Assembly (NCBI GenBank): GCA_038046805.1
Contig: JBBSVO010000001.1
Coordinates: 453 to 64,452 of the forward strand
From: Candidatus Micrarchaeota archaeon
GTDB taxonomy: Archaea > Micrarchaeota > Micrarchaeia > Anstonellales > Bilamarchaeaceae
Length of the DNA: 64,000 bases
Direction of reading: 5' to 3'
Position 1 is the stretch's first letter. Each line of letters starts with the position of its first letter. The notes under the pieces are model-generated. The model was not told the origin of the DNA and searched no databases. It worked only from the letters and a program-made list of their open reading frames with translations. Both the position numbers and the translations under genes were made by a program. Of the stretch, positions 49,534-59,150 are shown piece by piece.

Positions 49534-50841
49534 CTATTCCTTTTCTCGTTTCCATTTTCTCTTTGGGCGGGTATTTTCGCCAGAGGAAAAATCCTCAATA
49601 GAATCAGTCATTGCACACTCCATTGCTTTGTTTTTAATTGCAACCTCTATCGCGGCAGCCGTCAGGCTTAAGAATGCGGCAGGATTATTTTGTGGTCTGG
49701 AGCATTCGCTTAAAACAATAATCGCAGTATCTTGGGCAAGATCAAAGTACTCGCCATGTGCAGTATGCCCATTGTTTTCTATTGTATGGTAAGCACATCT
49801 CCTTGCATTGTCCAAAATAGTTTGCACATCATTTTCAACAACAGCTCTTCTCAAATCCACGTAAAGCGGTTTATCACTTGAATAATGCTTAAATCTGCCA
49901 CTCAATTTTTTTAATAATAAATAGTGCAGTTCAGGAGAAGCACCAATATCTTCAAGTAATTCCATTTGATCGTGAATGTATTTTGGAGAATTTACAATTA
50001 ATCTCCACAGCCCTTTTTCTTCATCTCTCCAGTCAATCTGGTAACTGTCAAGTGTTTCAATACTTGTATCTGTTTTCCCAGTAGTACAAGCCAAAAATGG
50101 CCAATAACGCCTGACTGTATATTCATGTGCTTCAAGCATATGTAAAACCCTATCCTTCATATATGCAACAGAAGTAATTCCAAACTTTATATCATGAGGG
50201 AAATATTCTATTCTCGCATCTATCAAAAATTGTTCTCTGGCCCTACGTTCTTCGGGGGTCACGAACCGTGTATTTGGTTTTTTTATGCCTGCGGCCTCGA
50301 TAACTGCTTGAGCGTCCCTAGGACCAACTCCCGCCTCTTGACCAATTCTTTTAAATGTCCATTCAGGATGTTCTGCAACTGCTGCAAGTACAATCCTTCT
50401 ATGTCTGTTGGCTTCAGTATCTCTTGTTTTTCTGTTAGGACACCAGCTTTTCCTTATTTGGCGTATTTGTTCATGTACTATTCCAACAAAACCCGCCTCT
50501 CTCATTCTTTCTGAGATTTCACATTCATTCAAACCAGTTTCAAAAAGTTGCTTTAAAATCCCTCTTCCATTTGCAATGCGCCAGAATTTTTCATAGGTTT
50601 GTAAATCCTTTTTTCTAACCAAAGGGCTTTTTGACTTTCCACGTGAATTTAGAGGAGATTTCAGATGATCTAACCAAGCCTGAACCGAACCTGTTTTTGC
50701 ACAATTTTTATCTAAGGCCACCTGGGTTGTTGCATGCCTTTCTTCAAATGTTGAAGTCCAAGTAAGAAAAGGGTTTCTCCTGTATTTTTTTGGTTCGATT
50801 TCCCGTTGCTGTGTCTTCGGAATCTGTACTTGGGTACTCAT
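49534..50841 (-). CDS. hypothetical DNA-binding protein (HTH-like segments; sigma70 region 2-like C-terminus)
   Basis: GLNECEISERM, HPEWTFKRIGQEAGVG, ARRCAY..EYFDLAQD..F..AAIEVAIKN. Confidence 0.5.
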   Translation of the reverse strand: MSTQVQIPKTQQREIEPKKYRRNPFLTWTSTFEERHATTQVALDKNCAKTGSVQAWLDHLKSPLNSRGKSKSPLVRKKDLQTYEKFWRIANGRGILKQLFETGLNECEISERMREAGFVGIVHEQIRQIRKSWCPNRKTRDTEANRHRRIVLAAVAEHPEWTFKRIGQEAGVGPRDAQAVIEAAGIKKPNTRFVTPEERRAREQFLIDARIEYFPHDIKFGITSVAYMKDRVLHMLEAHEYTVRRYWPFLACTTGKTDTSIETLDSYQIDWRDEEKGLWRLIVNSPKYIHDQMELLEDIGASPELHYLLLKKLSGRFKHYSSDKPLYVDLRRAVVENDVQTILDNARRCAYHTIENNGHTAHGEYFDLAQDTAIIVLSECSRPQNNPAAFLSLTAAAIEVAIKNKAMECAMTDSIEDFSSGENTRPKRKWKREKE

Positions 50842-51198
50842 AAGAATTCCTCAATTAGAAACCTGTCCGCATTAGAAAAACAAAAGCCAGCATGATACTG
50901 GCAATGTTTCTATGTTTGCCATTTGTTGCGCGTATTGCAACCCGCAATACAATATCGGGATTTTTCAAATCCTTTAGCATTGATGCAAATTTTTCCAGTA
51001 TTATACTTCTAACCAAATATTGAACAAAGATTTTTTATAGCATTAGTTACGGCATCTGCCCGCGTACGCAGCAAGGGCCTCAAAACGGCACAAAAACACT
51101 CAAAAATATGCTCAGACGTTGGCTGTTTTACTGCAGTTATTACATTTCATAACTGGGTTAAAACAAACAATTTTAAATCCTCGCGCGGAAATCAATCC

Positions 51199-51792
51199 AT
51201 GGAGAAAAAACTGCGGTCAAGATACCAGCACATACTTGAATCATTGGAAGACATAGCTGATTGCACAAATGGCGAGCTGGTTTTAATCGGCGGGACTGCG
51301 CTTGCAGTATTTTACTTAAAACACAGAGTAAGTGTGGATTTGGATTTTGTACCTATTGAAAATAAAGATGACGTAGAACTTAAGGAAAAATTCAAGGGAG
51401 CATTATCGCGAAAAGGGTACAATACCGGACGTACTACGTTTACAAATCAGTTTGTGATCCAGTTTGGGGATTCGAGCGTAAGGGTGGAAGTGTTTCAACC
51501 AAAAAGGAAAATAAAACAAATTGATGAGTTATATGTCGGCGAGCACAAGATAAAGGTTGCGAGCCTCGCAGATTTATTGGAAATGAAGATAGATGCCTAT
51601 AGCGAACGAAAGGAAGCACGTGATATATACGACATAGTTTCCATATTCAAAAAAACCGGGGAAGAGACGGGCCGCGCTGTTGCCTTGGTTAAAGAATACG
51701 GGAAACCAAAAAATTTAGAGGAATTAAAAGTAATGGTAAATGACGCAGAATGTTATAGTGCTCTGGAAGAGGTGCTGAAACATGCTGATTAA
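51199..51792 (+). CDS. AbiEii-like nucleotidyltransferase toxin (second copy)
   Basis: LIGGTALA..HRVSVDLDF, MKIDAYSERKEARDIYD. Confidence 0.9.
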   Translation: MEKKLRSRYQHILESLEDIADCTNGELVLIGGTALAVFYLKHRVSVDLDFVPIENKDDVELKEKFKGALSRKGYNTGRTTFTNQFVIQFGDSSVRVEVFQPKRKIKQIDELYVGEHKIKVASLADLLEMKIDAYSERKEARDIYDIVSIFKKTGEETGRAVALVKEYGKPKNLEELKVMVNDAECYSALEEVLKHAD

Positions 51793-52309
51793 GCAAGTAG
51801 TGAGCCACAAAAGTTTATTAGAAAGTGGCACTCCCAGAGCCAAAATACGGGTGATGAGTACAAACCTTGTATTATTTCCGACTCCTTTCAAAAAGATATA
51901 TTATTTGCCATCCCCGGAAGAGAGAAAGGCAACGACAATTGACAAACCTACCCTGGTATTAACCAGGGCGATTGCAGCTTACCTCGGCACAGATCAATTC
52001 TATTATAGCTGTCGAACTGCAGAGGAATTCTTTGCGATAAAATGGCAACCAATCGGAGAGGTCCATGTAATCAATACAAAACTTAGCAGAAAAATAAACT
52101 TGGAAGTCAGAACCAATAGAAATCTCAAGAAAAATAATTACAGAGCAAAGAGAATTGCGGATATATTGTCCATCTACGGAAGAATAATCATCTTCCACAA
52201 GGTCAAAAGCATTGCAGGCGCGAAGTTCAAGCGCACTCCATATGGAGCTTATGCGCTACGCTCGCAGATAAGGAAAGATAAAAAAAGGTTCAGGGAAAGA
52301 ATGGATTAA
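51782..52309 (+). CDS. putative AbiEi-like antitoxin, paralog of 48856-49452
   Basis: PFKKIYYLPS.EERK..I.KP, FYYSCRTA, I.W, YR.K, IIFHK shared with the first copy. Confidence 0.6.
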   Translation: MLIKQVVSHKSLLESGTPRAKIRVMSTNLVLFPTPFKKIYYLPSPEERKATTIDKPTLVLTRAIAAYLGTDQFYYSCRTAEEFFAIKWQPIGEVHVINTKLSRKINLEVRTNRNLKKNNYRAKRIADILSIYGRIIIFHKVKSIAGAKFKRTPYGAYALRSQIRKDKKRFRERMD

Positions 52310-52322
52310 CAGGATTGATCTT

Positions 52323-52859
52323 ATGGTGAACCCCCGAATAGTTCTAGTGTTCCTCTTGGCATTTTTCATCTTTGGTTGCATCCAGCAGGCAGACCAACAA
52401 GAAACCAAAACACTCTCTGATTTACTTAACATAACCAATGAAACTGCAGTTCCGCAGCTTCCGTTTGAAATAAACGACAGCGGCTTCAACGAATCCGATT
52501 CCGAACTTGAAAACCTGTCTGCAGAGCTTGGTTCGCTCCCAACAATCTATTACTATCATTCAACCATGTGTGCGATCTCAAAGGCAGTTCGTCCAACAGT
52601 TGATTCCATTCATGAAAAATTCAACAAAACCGTGGACTGGAAGGAGTTTAATGTGGTGAATATTCAGGGGCTAACTGCGTTCAACAAACATGCAGACCTG
52701 TTTAATATTTCAAATGAAACGCGTCTTGTTCCAATGTTGGTTGTTGGTGGCAAACATTTTGTTGGCATCGAAAGCATTAATGGTTCAGTTCCGATCAATG
52801 AAACCATAGTTTCCGCGGAAATCTCCAGGTGGCTTAACAATGAAACTGATTCGTCTTGA
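52323..52859 (+). CDS. lipoprotein-like thioredoxin-fold protein (CxxS)
   Basis: IFGC lipobox-like; YYHSTMCAIS; VPMLVVG cis-Pro loop. Confidence 0.65.
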   Translation: MVNPRIVLVFLLAFFIFGCIQQADQQETKTLSDLLNITNETAVPQLPFEINDSGFNESDSELENLSAELGSLPTIYYYHSTMCAISKAVRPTVDSIHEKFNKTVDWKEFNVVNIQGLTAFNKHADLFNISNETRLVPMLVVGGKHFVGIESINGSVPINETIVSAEISRWLNNETDSS

Positions 52860-53877
52860 CAATAAAACCGGAGAGGCAAAGATTGCGATAGATACAGTAG
52901 ATGATTTGTGGCATCTCGAGAAGATACTTTCAACCGGAGATAGAGTTACGGCCCACTCCATGCGAAGCGTTCGCATCGGAACAAAAGAGGAAAAAAAACA
53001 CGTCAAGCTCACAGTTGCGGTTGAAACTGTCGAATTTTCAAAATCAGTGAACCGTCTTCGTGTTCATGGAAAAATCGTATGGGGCGAGCCTGAGGATTTC
53101 ATCCAGCTTGGCCGTTATCACACTATAGATATTGAGCCGGGGGACAAGTTTGAAGTGACTAAGGAATGGCATTCCTATCAACTAGGTCGTCTCAAGGATG
53201 CAGAAAAGGAATCCAAAAGGCCGCAGGTGCGTATAATCGTCATGGATGATGAAAAAGCCCTCACCGCAGTTCTTCATGGTTATGGCATAGACTACGGAAA
53301 GGAGTTTCATAATTCCGCACGAAAGCGAGATGAAAAATACGATGAAAGGACTGCGCAGTACTTCGGGGATATTACTGCGGAAATTAGTGGGCATACTGAA
53401 AAATATATTGTGGCAGGCCCAGGGTTCACAAAAGACAATCTCAAAAAATTCATAGGAAAAAAAGATTCGGCACTTCTTAGTCGCATTATTTTCGAATCAT
53501 GTAGTTATGCAGAACGGAACGGAGTAAGCGAGCTTCTAAAACGAGGGGCTATAGAAAAAATTGTCGGAGAGGCTCGTCTTGAACAGGAGGAGCGAATAAT
53601 GGAAGAATTTCTCGTAGAATTGAACAAGGGAAGCAATCTGGTGGCATACGGGCTTAAAGAGAGTGTCAATGCCTCTGAAATGTCTGCAGTAAGCAGGCTT
53701 CTGGTTCTTGATTCTCTTCTTCGCACTTCAAAAGATGCAGAGAAAATTGCTGACAGTGTAAGTCGTTCAAAAGGAAAAATCTTTATAATGTCTGAAGAGG
53801 GCGATGCTGGTTTACGTCTGAAAGGTTTTGGAGGAATAGTAGCATTTTTAAAGTTCAGTGTCAAAACAGACACTTAA
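52840..53877 (+). CDS. pelA: pelota (Dom34) ribosome rescue factor
   Basis: DDLWHL, LRVHG, GRYHT, IVAGPGFTK, AYG, GFGGIVAFLKF. Confidence 0.95.
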   Translation: MKLIRLDNKTGEAKIAIDTVDDLWHLEKILSTGDRVTAHSMRSVRIGTKEEKKHVKLTVAVETVEFSKSVNRLRVHGKIVWGEPEDFIQLGRYHTIDIEPGDKFEVTKEWHSYQLGRLKDAEKESKRPQVRIIVMDDEKALTAVLHGYGIDYGKEFHNSARKRDEKYDERTAQYFGDITAEISGHTEKYIVAGPGFTKDNLKKFIGKKDSALLSRIIFESCSYAERNGVSELLKRGAIEKIVGEARLEQEERIMEEFLVELNKGSNLVAYGLKESVNASEMSAVSRLLVLDSLLRTSKDAEKIADSVSRSKGKIFIMSEEGDAGLRLKGFGGIVAFLKFSVKTDT

Positions 53878-53880
53878 TGA

Positions 53881-53931
53881 TTTGAAAAACGAAAAGCGTT
53901 TTTCAAAGTTTTGAACGAAATGCCGTTCAAA
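53881..53931. terminator. two adjacent hairpins after pelota
   Basis: tttgaaaaacg-aaaag-cgtttttcaaa; tttgaacg-aaatgc-cgttcaaa. Confidence 0.45.
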
Positions 53932-53966
53932 TGATTTGAAAAATTATTTTAAAGGTGAAATTTTTT

Positions 53967-55100
53967 ATGATAGCTAAAAAACAAACTTCGGCAGAGAGCG
54001 GTTCAGTCAAATTTAAGCCAAATAATAATGTTGGTGTGCAAGCACAGCAGGCAAAACCAATTTCGTCGCAGCCTGCTTCTACTGCTGGTTCATCTTCTTC
54101 AATTGCACTTGGAAAAAACGAAATGGTTCTTCTTGCACTTGCAGTTATTTTACTAGGAATTGTAGCTTACTTTGCCTTTGTCGCACCACAAGCTGTACAG
54201 CCGTCTGCTTTGACAGGAAATGAATCTACTTCGTCGCCAGTGAACGTGATAAAAACCCCGTTAACACCTGTTTCCATAACTGTGATTAAGGATTCAATTT
54301 GCAATGATTGTCAGGGTGCAGACTATCTTGTCACAGCACTTGCGAACAATGCAAATCTTCTTGAAATAGAAATCGCAAAGGTGGACAGTGTTTATTCAAC
54401 AGATGAAAAAGGAATCGAACTTATCAAAAAATACTCAATAACCAAAGTTCCTGCCCTTATTATAACCGGAAAACTTGCGGAAGATTCCAAACTCGTCAGT
54501 TCGTGGGTGAATTTTGGAACCCGTGAAAGCGATGGAACTCTGGTATTCCGCTCTCCGTATCCACCCTATTTTGACCTTGATTCAAAGAAGATAATCGGAG
54601 GAGTTTCAGTAACTGAGCTCGTGGATGCCACATGCACCGACTGTTATAATGTTTCCATGCATCAGGGTCTTCTTAAAACCAAATTCGCAATGCGCCTTAC
54701 CGAAATATCAACGTTTGATGTCTCTTCCGAAGATGGCAAAGCGCTTATATCAAAATACAAAATAACCAAAGTGCCGACCATTGTTATTTCAAATGATGCA
54801 CTTGCTTATCCGAATTTTGACCAGATTTGGGAGCAAGTGGGTTCAATAGAATCTGATGGTTCACTGGTATTTCGCGCGGTTGAGCAGATAACAAGCGGGT
54901 CGTATACGGATCTGAGCGTTAGTTCGGAAGCTTCGGCGTCTGCATCCGCCTCTTCATCCGCATCAACAACTGCAGATAACACCACTATGGCCACTGCGGG
55001 CGGTTCAACATACGGGGTTATCTCGTCGTCTTCCTCTTCAACAGAGACAAAGGCACCGATAACCGGAACGCAGACAAAGCCGCCAATGCCGCCACAGTAA
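53967..55100 (+). CDS. membrane-anchored protein with two tandem thioredoxin-like CxxC domains
   Basis: TM helix; CNDC..KYSITKVPALII..ESDGTLVFR and CTDC..KYKITKVPTIVI..ESDGSLVFR. Confidence 0.72.
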   Translation: MIAKKQTSAESGSVKFKPNNNVGVQAQQAKPISSQPASTAGSSSSIALGKNEMVLLALAVILLGIVAYFAFVAPQAVQPSALTGNESTSSPVNVIKTPLTPVSITVIKDSICNDCQGADYLVTALANNANLLEIEIAKVDSVYSTDEKGIELIKKYSITKVPALIITGKLAEDSKLVSSWVNFGTRESDGTLVFRSPYPPYFDLDSKKIIGGVSVTELVDATCTDCYNVSMHQGLLKTKFAMRLTEISTFDVSSEDGKALISKYKITKVPTIVISNDALAYPNFDQIWEQVGSIESDGSLVFRAVEQITSGSYTDLSVSSEASASASASSSASTTADNTTMATAGGSTYGVISSSSSSTETKAPITGTQTKPPMPPQ

Positions 55101-55218
55101 TTGAGTCTTGCTGGTCATCTGCCCGTCTCGCGTTCAGAGTCTCGCGCAGTTAGTCAGCACGTTCTTTATTTTTCCATTTTTGATAACTTTTTAATTCTTC
55201 CTGTTCAAAACCAGTAAT

Positions 55219-55851
55219 ATGGGGCTTATAATCAAACATCAAGATCCAATCATGCGCAGAAACCTATCCGATAGGATGTGGAAAGGCCTGGACCCGTTTA
55301 ATGCAATTCCTAATTCAGCTCTTCTTGTAGATGATGGATTTAATCTCGGGGTCAATCGCCTTTCAAACAGAATTCGTAGGGTGACTGGCTGCTCAAGAAA
55401 TACTTTGATTTACGGGACTCTGGCAACAGGAGCCGTTGCTGATTTTTCTCTTCTTAATATTGCCGAGAGGGTGGATACTCTCACGAATATGGTTCTTGTT
55501 GCATTCTTTGGCGCGACCTCTTATATCTTTGGAAGACTTTTGGTAAAGCTATCCAATAAAGAGCATAGCCTGAGCGGGGAACCGGTATTAATTCCCGAAG
55601 AAAGTCTACAACAGCCAGTATCAAGTGTTACTGCGCTTCGCATAGTTATTCTTGGAATTTCCATGTTTGACATTTTTCGAGGAGTATTGTCCGATAGTTC
55701 CGGCAAGTTAATTGCAGCTTCCGCCCTATTCTTTTTTGCCATTTCCACGCATATAGCATCCATAACCAACGGAACAATCGACCGATTAAAGGATTTTTTG
55801 AAAGAAGCAAGAGGAGAACCCGTCACAACTGCGCCAACTGACACAGGCTGA
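55219..55851 (+). CDS. hypothetical membrane protein
   Basis: 210-aa ORF with ~4 hydrophobic segments and its own TATA-like promoter. Confidence 0.55.
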   Translation: MGLIIKHQDPIMRRNLSDRMWKGLDPFNAIPNSALLVDDGFNLGVNRLSNRIRRVTGCSRNTLIYGTLATGAVADFSLLNIAERVDTLTNMVLVAFFGATSYIFGRLLVKLSNKEHSLSGEPVLIPEESLQQPVSSVTALRIVILGISMFDIFRGVLSDSSGKLIAASALFFFAISTHIASITNGTIDRLKDFLKEARGEPVTTAPTDTG

Positions 55852-55897
55852 TTACCAACGTCCATCTTTTTATTTTCTTTCTGCAGTCTTATTCTTC

Positions 55898-56959
55898 ATG
55901 ATTGACAAGCTTCGCGCAGTTGCCGCACATATTTCTGAGTTTAATTCCAAAACTGCGGATGAGGCAAGGTTCGTTCGCGCGAATTATGGAATACATGGTT
56001 CTGCACAGTCAGTTTCGCTGGACGGCGCACTCGAATCCAATCTCGCAATTCCAGTATCAGGAACAAAAATCGAAGGAAAAGTCTGCGCAGTTGATAGCGG
56101 CCTTCTTTCATCCGAACTTCATGGAATAGACATTGTGGTTTGCCGTCCCGCGTGTTCCTGCTTTTCCTATTCTGATTCCCATGTTGTGTCTGCATCGTAT
56201 CATCCATCCCGTGTTCCAGAGCCAGCCATAGATGTGCGCATTGGTCTTGATCATTCGGAAGCGCAGATATTTAGGCAACTCTTTCGTCTTGAACAGGAAA
56301 TTTCATGCGCGATTTCTGTTGCGGAAAACAAAACCCTGCGCCCGAACATTCTTTTCCTTGATGGTTCAATCGTTCCGCTTCCAAGTGATAAGCCGAGTTC
56401 CGAAAGCGTATTATCCCCCCAATACTCCAAACTAATCGAAAATTACGTGAGGCTCTATTCAATTTGCGAAAAAGAAAACATAATCCTCATGGGGCTTTCA
56501 AAAGATTCCCGCGGAAGACGATTCGTTGATTCAGTAAAGCCGCAACTATCGACCCGTGCTTCGGATTCAGTATTTCTCAATCATCTTCTAGCCGCGCGCG
56601 AGCGCACGTTTTCAATGAGTTACACACCATTTCCAAAAAAGCATCCAATCCTTCGCGATATTGGAATATCCGATTTTGCGGATAAATTAAACCTGTTTTA
56701 TATAAAATGTGTTGAAGGTGATTATCCTTTGAGAGTAGAATTTCTTTTTTCGTCATCAGTTAGTGCGGATACCGTTGCCTCGATAGTTCTTTCGCTATCC
56801 GCTATAAACAAGAATTACGCTTATCCAGCAGTATTGATTGATGCGGACCTGCGTGCGGCTCTCGATCCTTTAGAATTAGAACGTGTTCAAAAAGCCTTAA
56901 TCACACTGTCTCCGAATTCAATAAGGCAAATGAGACGAAATGCAAGACCGTTTCGATAA
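55898..56959 (+). CDS. nurA: NurA nuclease
   Basis: CAVDSG, RLEQEI, LFLDGSI, GLSKDSR, YAYPAVLIDAD. Confidence 0.85.
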   Translation: MIDKLRAVAAHISEFNSKTADEARFVRANYGIHGSAQSVSLDGALESNLAIPVSGTKIEGKVCAVDSGLLSSELHGIDIVVCRPACSCFSYSDSHVVSASYHPSRVPEPAIDVRIGLDHSEAQIFRQLFRLEQEISCAISVAENKTLRPNILFLDGSIVPLPSDKPSSESVLSPQYSKLIENYVRLYSICEKENIILMGLSKDSRGRRFVDSVKPQLSTRASDSVFLNHLLAARERTFSMSYTPFPKKHPILRDIGISDFADKLNLFYIKCVEGDYPLRVEFLFSSSVSADTVASIVLSLSAINKNYAYPAVLIDADLRAALDPLELERVQKALITLSPNSIRQMRRNARPFR

Positions 56960-56970
56960 TAGAAATCCCG

Positions 56971-57414
56971 CTAAGCAGCTCTTAGTGCGGGTTTTCCTGC
57001 ACGTGCTGCTGGAACCAGAGCACCAGCGTCAGGAGGGCGAATGAAATACTCACCAAAAGTTTTTTCCTTTGGTCTAACATACTCAAGAGCACTCCTTGCT
57101 TCGGTTCGTATCCATTTATCCTGGTGTTTTGTAAGTGCCGTGATTTTTGGGCGAATCTGTCTTTCTTCTCTCCAAAGCATTTTCTTTACACAAGAAATAG
57201 CGGTATAAACCAGATTCGGGTCATCGTGATCCAATGCGCGCGAAACAATTGCAATCATCTGCTGCCGTTCTATGTTCGGGAATTCCCTTTCTCCATTAAA
57301 ATACTCTAGCACATCCCCAAGGCATCTTCCTTCTCCAAAGCATGCAACGCGCAATTCCCCCATAGTCCTGTTGTCAGTTATCATAAATACATCCAAGACT
57401 ATATAATATAACAT
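56971..57414 (-). CDS. HEAT-repeat-like protein
   Basis: ALDHDDPNLVYTAI..ALTKHQDKWIRTEARSAL; start uncertain. Confidence 0.55.
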   Translation of the reverse strand: MLYYIVLDVFMITDNRTMGELRVACFGEGRCLGDVLEYFNGEREFPNIERQQMIAIVSRALDHDDPNLVYTAISCVKKMLWREERQIRPKITALTKHQDKWIRTEARSALEYVRPKEKTFGEYFIRPPDAGALVPAARAGKPALRAA

Positions 57415-57468
57415 ATTAGGTTATAATTCTATGTCCCAGACCCGGAATTCGGCGAAAAGCAGAAAAGT

Positions 57469-57819
57469 TCAAAGCAGTTTCAACTTCCCGAACAATTCAT
57501 CCAGTTTCTTCTCATTCCACGGGCCTATCCCGATACACGTAATCGTTCCTGGCTCAACCTGGGTATGGCCAGCATCCCTAATCAGTTCGCATGGAATTCC
57601 TGCAGATTTCGCAAGTTTGAACTGTTCCAGCAATTCCGCTTCTCCGTCAACCTTCAGCACGATTTTCTTCTGCCCTTCCTGTTCCCACTCGTTTGCAATC
57701 TCCGGGAATTTTTTCCGCACGATGTTATATGAGCTGACCGATGCATGCGAACATTGCCCTCCTATTTTTCCCTTTCCTAGCTTCAGATCAGAGCGGATGA
57801 TTATTGTTTGTTTGTACAT
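57469..57819 (-). CDS. pth2: peptidyl-tRNA hydrolase Pth2
   Basis: KQTIIIRSDL..GKIGGQCSHA, DAGHTQV.PGT.T..GIGP. Confidence 0.96.
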   Translation of the reverse strand: MYKQTIIIRSDLKLGKGKIGGQCSHASVSSYNIVRKKFPEIANEWEQEGQKKIVLKVDGEAELLEQFKLAKSAGIPCELIRDAGHTQVEPGTITCIGIGPWNEKKLDELFGKLKLL

Positions 57820-57924
57820 ATCTTCATCTTTCGTCAGCCTGTTTTTTTACCCTTTCCTTCTGTCATTCCGAACCTTTACAAATTCAGTAACATTTATTAA
57901 TTCGCACGTTTACAATAGATTATC

Positions 57925-58332
57925 ATGGTCAGCATAAGAAAGCTCTCGTTTGATAAAGCAGGCAAAAAGGCGAGCGGAGCTGCTGCAGTTCTAAGCGGAA
58001 TCGAAGCTGAAATAATGGACGTCGTATGGGACAATAGCCCAGTTCATTGCTGCGACGTGCGAAGTGTGTTAAAAAGAAAAGTTGCTCCAACTACTGTTGC
58101 TGTAATGCTTGATCGTCTTTATGACCGCGGTCTTGTTATGCGAAAGGCGGAAACCGCGAGAGGTGGTGTCCGCTATCTTTATTCCCCGAAAGTAACCCGT
58201 GACGGATTTTGCAGAACCGTTGTTGAGCAGACAGTTGATAATCTCATCACCGCATTCGGTCCTTCAGCAGTTAATTTCTTCAATGAGAAATTCAGAAGCA
58301 CTTCAATTGTGCAGCCAAAGAGGGAAAAATAA
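57925..58332 (+). CDS. BlaI/MecI/CopY family transcriptional regulator
   Basis: LSGIEAEIMDVVW, APTTVAVMLDRLYDRGLV, YLYSP. Confidence 0.88.
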   Translation: MVSIRKLSFDKAGKKASGAAAVLSGIEAEIMDVVWDNSPVHCCDVRSVLKRKVAPTTVAVMLDRLYDRGLVMRKAETARGGVRYLYSPKVTRDGFCRTVVEQTVDNLITAFGPSAVNFFNEKFRSTSIVQPKREK

Positions 58333-59075
58333 TGGAATTGATGCTTGACCATCTGGCGTTCAATATTCAGAATTTCATTACCGATCCGGCCAAAATGGTA
58401 CTCGTCCTGTTGTCAATCCTTGTGCTGTTCTATTCTCACCGCGCTCTTTCATCCGCAAGAACTGTCCGTTCACGCGTTGCGTTTTCATTTTTACATGTTC
58501 TTTCAATAGTTTTCCCGCTTTTGCTATTCGGAATCTCGCTGACCTGCACGCAGTTGAAAATGGATTGTTCAGTTGCTATTACGCAGGCACTGGCTTTTTC
58601 CATCCCAACCGCAATAATTCTCACAATGTTGTTCGGTATTTTTATCGTGCCGCTTTTATTCGCGAGAAAAAGCAGGATTCTCGCAGGAAAATGGGTAGCA
58701 TATACTCGTGCCACCGCGTCAAATCTAGGGTTAGCCAAACCTCCTGTGTTATATGCATTTGATTCAGGAACCCCCCAGGCGTTTTCTCATTCATTCGGTA
58801 CTCCGGCCATATTTCTTTCAGTAGGTTTGCTTGAAAGTATGGGCAATAGTGAAATTGAAGCCGTGATCCTCCACGAGATTGGTCATATATCTTCAAAATC
58901 CTCAATTTCCAAACTTGTTTTCGGAATCCTTTCAAGGTTCTCCCCGTTGGGAGTTCAGCCAATGTTTCATGCGCTTATTTCAGATGAGGAATCAATCGCA
59001 GACAGGTTTGCAGTACGGGTTCAGGGAACCAGGAAGCACCTGAACGCTGCAAAAAGAAAACTTGATTCATTTTGA
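58332..59075 (+). CDS. M56/M48 membrane zinc protease (BlaR1-like, no sensor domain)
   Basis: 3 TM helices, PQAFS, LSVGLL, EAVILHEIGH, EESIADRFA. Confidence 0.82.
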   Translation: MELMLDHLAFNIQNFITDPAKMVLVLLSILVLFYSHRALSSARTVRSRVAFSFLHVLSIVFPLLLFGISLTCTQLKMDCSVAITQALAFSIPTAIILTMLFGIFIVPLLFARKSRILAGKWVAYTRATASNLGLAKPPVLYAFDSGTPQAFSHSFGTPAIFLSVGLLESMGNSEIEAVILHEIGHISSKSSISKLVFGILSRFSPLGVQPMFHALISDEESIADRFAVRVQGTRKHLNAAKRKLDSF

Positions 59076-59150
59076 GTTAGTTGTCTTTTTTTTGCCCAGA
59101 GCCTTTGGCATTGAGCCTTATTTTTATTTCTTTCCGCTTCTTTTATTGTC

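Noticed and set aside
49481-49792. 103-aa ORF starting MKNKKYWKI
   Set aside because: Its start is the duplicated lhr tail and the rest is antisense to the 435-aa gene
50872-50922. 16-codon ORF (MANIETLPVSCWLLFF) as a leader peptide
   Set aside because: No RBS or diagnostic codon run; cannot be supported
49454-55125. atctgccc recurring near accessory-gene boundaries (~49455, ~51053, ~55117)
   Set aside because: Only 8-10 bp with no shared flanking structure; compatible with chance, so no support for integron-like cassettes
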